A DNA stretch of 34,047 bases from Chitinophaga pinensis (GTDB lineage: Bacteria; Bacteroidota; Bacteroidia; SXHM01): positions 1 through 34,047 of the forward strand of contig CAMDBK010000004.1 in NCBI GenBank assembly GCA_945889235.1. Reading direction: 5' to 3'. Numbering within the stretch: position 1 is the stretch's first letter; every line of letters starts with the position of its first letter. The notes beneath the pieces are model-generated. The model was not told where the DNA came from. It searched no databases and saw nothing but the letters and a program-made list of their open reading frames with translations. The position numbers and the translations under genes were made by a program. Positions 32,601 to 34,047 of the stretch are shown here, piece after piece.

Positions 32601-34047
32601 ACACTGCATTATCACCTGCGCATGAGGCATAATCAACAGGCTGTGTATTGATAACCGGTGAAGGGTTTTCAATAATTGTAACAGTACCCGAAGTAGTAGA
32701 AGTTAAGCACGTAGCACCTGTTACAACACATGTATATTGATATCCGTTTATTGAAGAAGGGACATTTGTGATTGAGAGTGTGTTAGTTGTAGCACCGCTA
32801 TAAATGCCCACATTATTTACTACTACAAAGCCGTTGCCATCATTTACCATCCATTGATAGGTTAATCCAATACCAATAGCTGCTATATTAAATGAAGCAT
32901 TATCACCCGGGCAAACAAATGCATCATTTGCCTGAACTGTAATTTGCGGAATATCGTAAACTCTTAATGAGTCGGCATACATTCCTTCACAACCATTACC
33001 ATCACTGTAGGTATATGTTACAGGAAATACTCCCAACCCCGAAAGACTTGGGAAAAACTGATTTCCGCTAACTCCTGTTCCGCTGAAAACTCCACCTGAA
33101 GGTGTACCGATAAGCGTAAGAGCAGGCTGGTCAATACATATATCCTGCAATCCGGTAAAGAAAACTGTAGGCGTATCATTTACCAATGTATTCTCGCTGA
33201 TAGAATTTGAGCAGCCAAATCCATCTGAATACGAATACGTGATAGCATACAATCCTCCAACACCGGCAGCAGCAGGGTCAAAGGTTGCAGTTCCGTTTCC
33301 ATTATCGGTTATTCCTGTTCCGGTGAATGAGCCACCGGGATTATGACTGCCTATTAATGTTGCAGGGTTTGCATCCACGCAATAGGCAGCAGCAAGTCCG
33401 CTGAAAGCTACTACCGGCTGAGGATGTACAACAGTTTGCTGGGTTTCACTGTCGGTACAACCATTGCCATTTGTGTAAGAGAATGTGATGCTGTAAGAAC
33501 CACCAATTCCTGCAACAGCAGGGCTGAAAGAAGCTGTTCCGTTTCCGTTATTGGTAATTCCGGGCCCTGAGAATGTTCCGTTTGTTCCCTGATTTCCTGT
33601 AAGCGTAACCGGTGTTGCATTCACGCAATAATCACCAATAAGCCCGGTGAAACTAACCGAAGGAACAGCAACTACTGTAACCGATTGGGTTGATGTATTG
33701 CTGCAACCGTTTCCATTGGTATAAGTGTAGGTAATGGTATGTGTTCCCAGTCCGGCTGTGGATGGGGTAAATGATCCTCCACCGGTTACACCTGGTCCGC
33801 TGAATGTGCCTCCTGTTGGACTACCGGTTAAATTAACAATCGCTGCATTTAAACAGTATTGATGAGGTACGTTAAAACCTGAGAAAGATACAACAGGTAA
33901 AGAATTTACTATAGTTGAGTGTGATGAAGTGTTTGTGCAACCGTTTCCATCGGTATAGGTATAGATTATGGTATAACTTGCTGCTCCAGTTGAAGGTGAG
34001 AATAATCCCCCGGCAGTTACTGCCGGTGTTCCTGAAAAAGTTCCGCC
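26674..34047 (-). CDS. Giant repetitive surface protein/adhesin (Ig-like/PKD-like repeats) with T9SS type A CTD; 5' truncated by the window
   Basis: The frame stays open for 141 codons upstream of the listed GTG (33624) to the window edge (GGTFSGTPAV...YTDGNGC...), so the protein is >=2457 aa. Four repeat classes are present. C-terminal IYPNPTN...L.DGMYML.I......KRIIKN. Confidence 0.92.
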   Translation of the reverse strand, partial: GGTFSGTPAVTAGGLFSPSTGAASYTIIYTYTDGNGCTNTSSHSTIVNSLPVVSFSGFNVPHQYCLNAAIVNLTGSPTGGTFSGPGVTGGGSFTPSTAGLGTHTITYTYTNGNGCSNTSTQSVTVVAVPSVSFTGLIGDYCVNATPVTLTGNQGTNGTFSGPGITNNGNGTASFSPAVAGIGGSYSITFSYTNGNGCTDSETQQTVVHPQPVVAFSGLAAAYCVDANPATLIGSHNPGGSFTGTGITDNGNGTATFDPAAAGVGGLYAITYSYSDGFGCSNSISENTLVNDTPTVFFTGLQDICIDQPALTLIGTPSGGVFSGTGVSGNQFFPSLSGLGVFPVTYTYSDGNGCEGMYADSLRVYDIPQITVQANDAFVCPGDNASFNIAAIGIGLTYQWMVNDGNGFVVVNNVGIYSGATTNTLSITNVPSSINGYQYTCVVTGATCLTSTTSGTVTIIENPSPVINTQPVDYASCAGDNAVFSVNASGTNLTYQWQVNTGGGFLNVSNGGVYSGATTNTLNITGFTVGMDGYQYQCVVTGSNNCTANSITNVATLNATNSPDITTQPVSQSICEGDNAVFTVTATGTGITYQWQEDSGGGFANISNGGVYSGATSAALTVSGVTAGMDGNQYHCIISGSICVGSSTSDVVLITITTSPSISQQPVDAYVCPTDPASFSVTTQGTGITYQWQVNNGSGFINVANGGVYSGATTATLDISSVFPNMDGYEYRCVINGTFCSGTSTSLSGIIHMNGAPVITQGPSDMNYCVGDNATFTVTASGTGLTYQWQVDNGSGWVDLVNGINYSGANTSSLTVVAAPLSFDGNQYQCIVSGSINCSGTTTSSSAVLTEDPNPYISTQPVDQYVCDGDNAVFSVTASGSGLTYQWQENTGGGFVNVTNGGVYSGATTSTLTITGTTSGMDGYIYQCIINGTICSGTSVTTSARLNATTSPFISVQPQDESVCIGDNLAMTVTANGSGLTYQWQVNTGSGFVNVTNGGVYNGANTASLNISGATVGMNAYQYQVIINGTSCPSASTSATANLYVGQGPMIVTDPVNTAICAGFDASFSITSLGNNLTYQWQVNTGSGFNNITNGGVYSNATTTTLNITAAPFSMNSYQYQCVVTGSINCALASTSVAAVLTVNPPPVVSFSGLNSQYCVDAPLVTLTGVPSGGTFIGAGISGNNFSAATAGVGGPYTILYEYTDGNGCYNSTTYAVTVNPLPVVSFSGLAGPYCINDNTPVALTGSPSGGVFSGTGVTGNTFVPSIATLGNNSVTYTYTNLNGCVNFQTQVAVVNPQPVVSFTGLSLAYCEDFSVPVTLTGNNAPGGTFTSNGAGLTDIGNGTASYVASVAGAGTHTITYTYTNGNGCTNSQTQSVLINTLPAVTSSGLASQYCVTNPVATLTGFPAGGTFSGAGIIGNTFNPATAGLGSHVITYSYTNPSTGCSNTTTQTTIVYAMPVANAGTGGNSCGLTFALAASPSVGNGTWTVTGPGTATYSPNASSASATATVSTFGTYTFTWTENNNGCSSAASVTVNFYAQPVVSAGTGGSECDLDFTFNGSTNLGSGTWSSSGPGTAFYTNVNSPTSSVMVSVSGIYTFTFSVTNGTCSASSQVTVNFNTLPVANAGQGGSECDLDFVFNATPSVGTGTWTQLSGPGTSTYSPDANDPAATVTVTAIGTYVYQWEEDHNGCTSSDNVSVVYHALPVVNITGLNATYCINESSVINMTGTPAGGVFSGPGVVGTVFNPAVAGAGIHTVAYDYTDNFGCSNSHSQQVEVYDISTTSFTGLALEYCIDNNTPVALTGIPSGGTYSGAGISGNSFTASDAGVGTHTITYTAANGNGCMNTTTQTVVVNPLPVVSFTGLAAEYCFAASAVTLTGSPSGGNFSGAGITGNSFDPSAASAGTHTITYIYTDGNSCVNSTTQSVVVRPAVVVTTTPSGTTAFCQGGSVLLAASNGFTTYQWSNGNTNQSFLVNLTGQYTVDVTDAFGCTGTSLPVNVNVNALPVVDLGNDTTICTGNNVTLDAGTFVSYSWSPGGATTSSIVAFNNGAYVVTVTDDNGCVNSDQVGVTVAALLQPTVTSSSQTNTFCQGGSLTLDAGPGYASYQWSDGVTLTETINVIQAGYYSVFVTDNSGCTGASTPVSVTMFTVPAPLVFPDGPLEFCPGEDVTLTAGIGYTSYSWSPGGETTSSITVDQAGSYVLSVQDQNSCPGTSDTIDVNVFVVTTPVILSDGPLQFCHGNDVILSVQGNYASYLWTSGSTTPEITVNQSGNYGVIVLDLNGCIDSSLVVSPVTVTVWQPVPFIVESGDSLTCTPAFTSYQWFENDTMVTVAGATSQTLITQSSGNYMVVVTDANGCTGMSDIIEHSQSGIEDHALNAAISIYPNPTNSVFTFNAQFSGYENLRLELTNAIGQLIIPVEDVRDVITVKRDYNLNHLADGMYMLTIRTDKGSVTKRIIKN

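Noticed and set aside
441-33620. The many short ORFs (60-153 aa) in the ORF track that overlap larger genes, e.g. 3320..3781, 21495..21947 and 29698..30042
   Set aside because: They are antisense or alternate-frame shadows of well-supported genes and have no recognisable motifs. The exception is the porP second half, handled separately.
33622-33624. GTG as the start of the giant protein
   Set aside because: It is an internal Val of a type A repeat. The frame is open to 34047 and no signal peptide follows the GTG.
26674-34047. CRISPR array or DGR template/variable repeats among the recurring DNA motifs (e.g. TGCCATTGATA)
   Set aside because: The recurrences are codon-level echoes of protein repeats about 290 nt apart with synonymous divergence. 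I saw no constant repeat-spacer period, no adenine-specific mismatch pair and no cas or RT gene.

Overview
A gene-dense chromosomal window from a Bacteroidota bacterium. The assignment rests on TAnnTTTG -7 promoter boxes, type IX secretion (T9SS) sorting domains, a PorP/SprF-family gene, a homodimeric-type GlyRS and dispersed pdhA/pdhB. Housekeeping genes: hemL, kynU, rnhB, pdhB, pdhA, glyQS. Transport: a TetR-regulated TolC/HlyD/2xABC-ATPase/2xABC-2-permease efflux operon (YbhGFSR-like). Envelope and unknown genes: SIMPL-like, a hypothetical protein, UbiA-like and a DUF5686-type beta-barrel. Three T9SS cargo proteins are present: a phosphoesterase, a lamin-tail/Ig protein with a type B CTD, and a giant (>=2457 aa, open at the window edge) Cys-paired Ig-repeat adhesin. 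I saw no rRNA, tRNA, CRISPR array, transposase or phage gene. The least ordinary signals are small-scale. (1) At least five families of short palindromic or tandem repeats occur in the window, and several are built into genes: one in-frame in KynU (24/26 nt identical to an intergenic copy 19 kb away), one in a signal peptide, one supplying a stop codon, and a 7-mer x4 array in another signal peptide. (2) The porP/sprF-like gene is split by a -1 shift at an A_AAA_AAC heptamer, and it lies next to a type B CTD cargo gene. (3) A duplicated palindrome flanks tetR and is its likely operator. All functional calls come from motif recognition by eye; no database searches were run.
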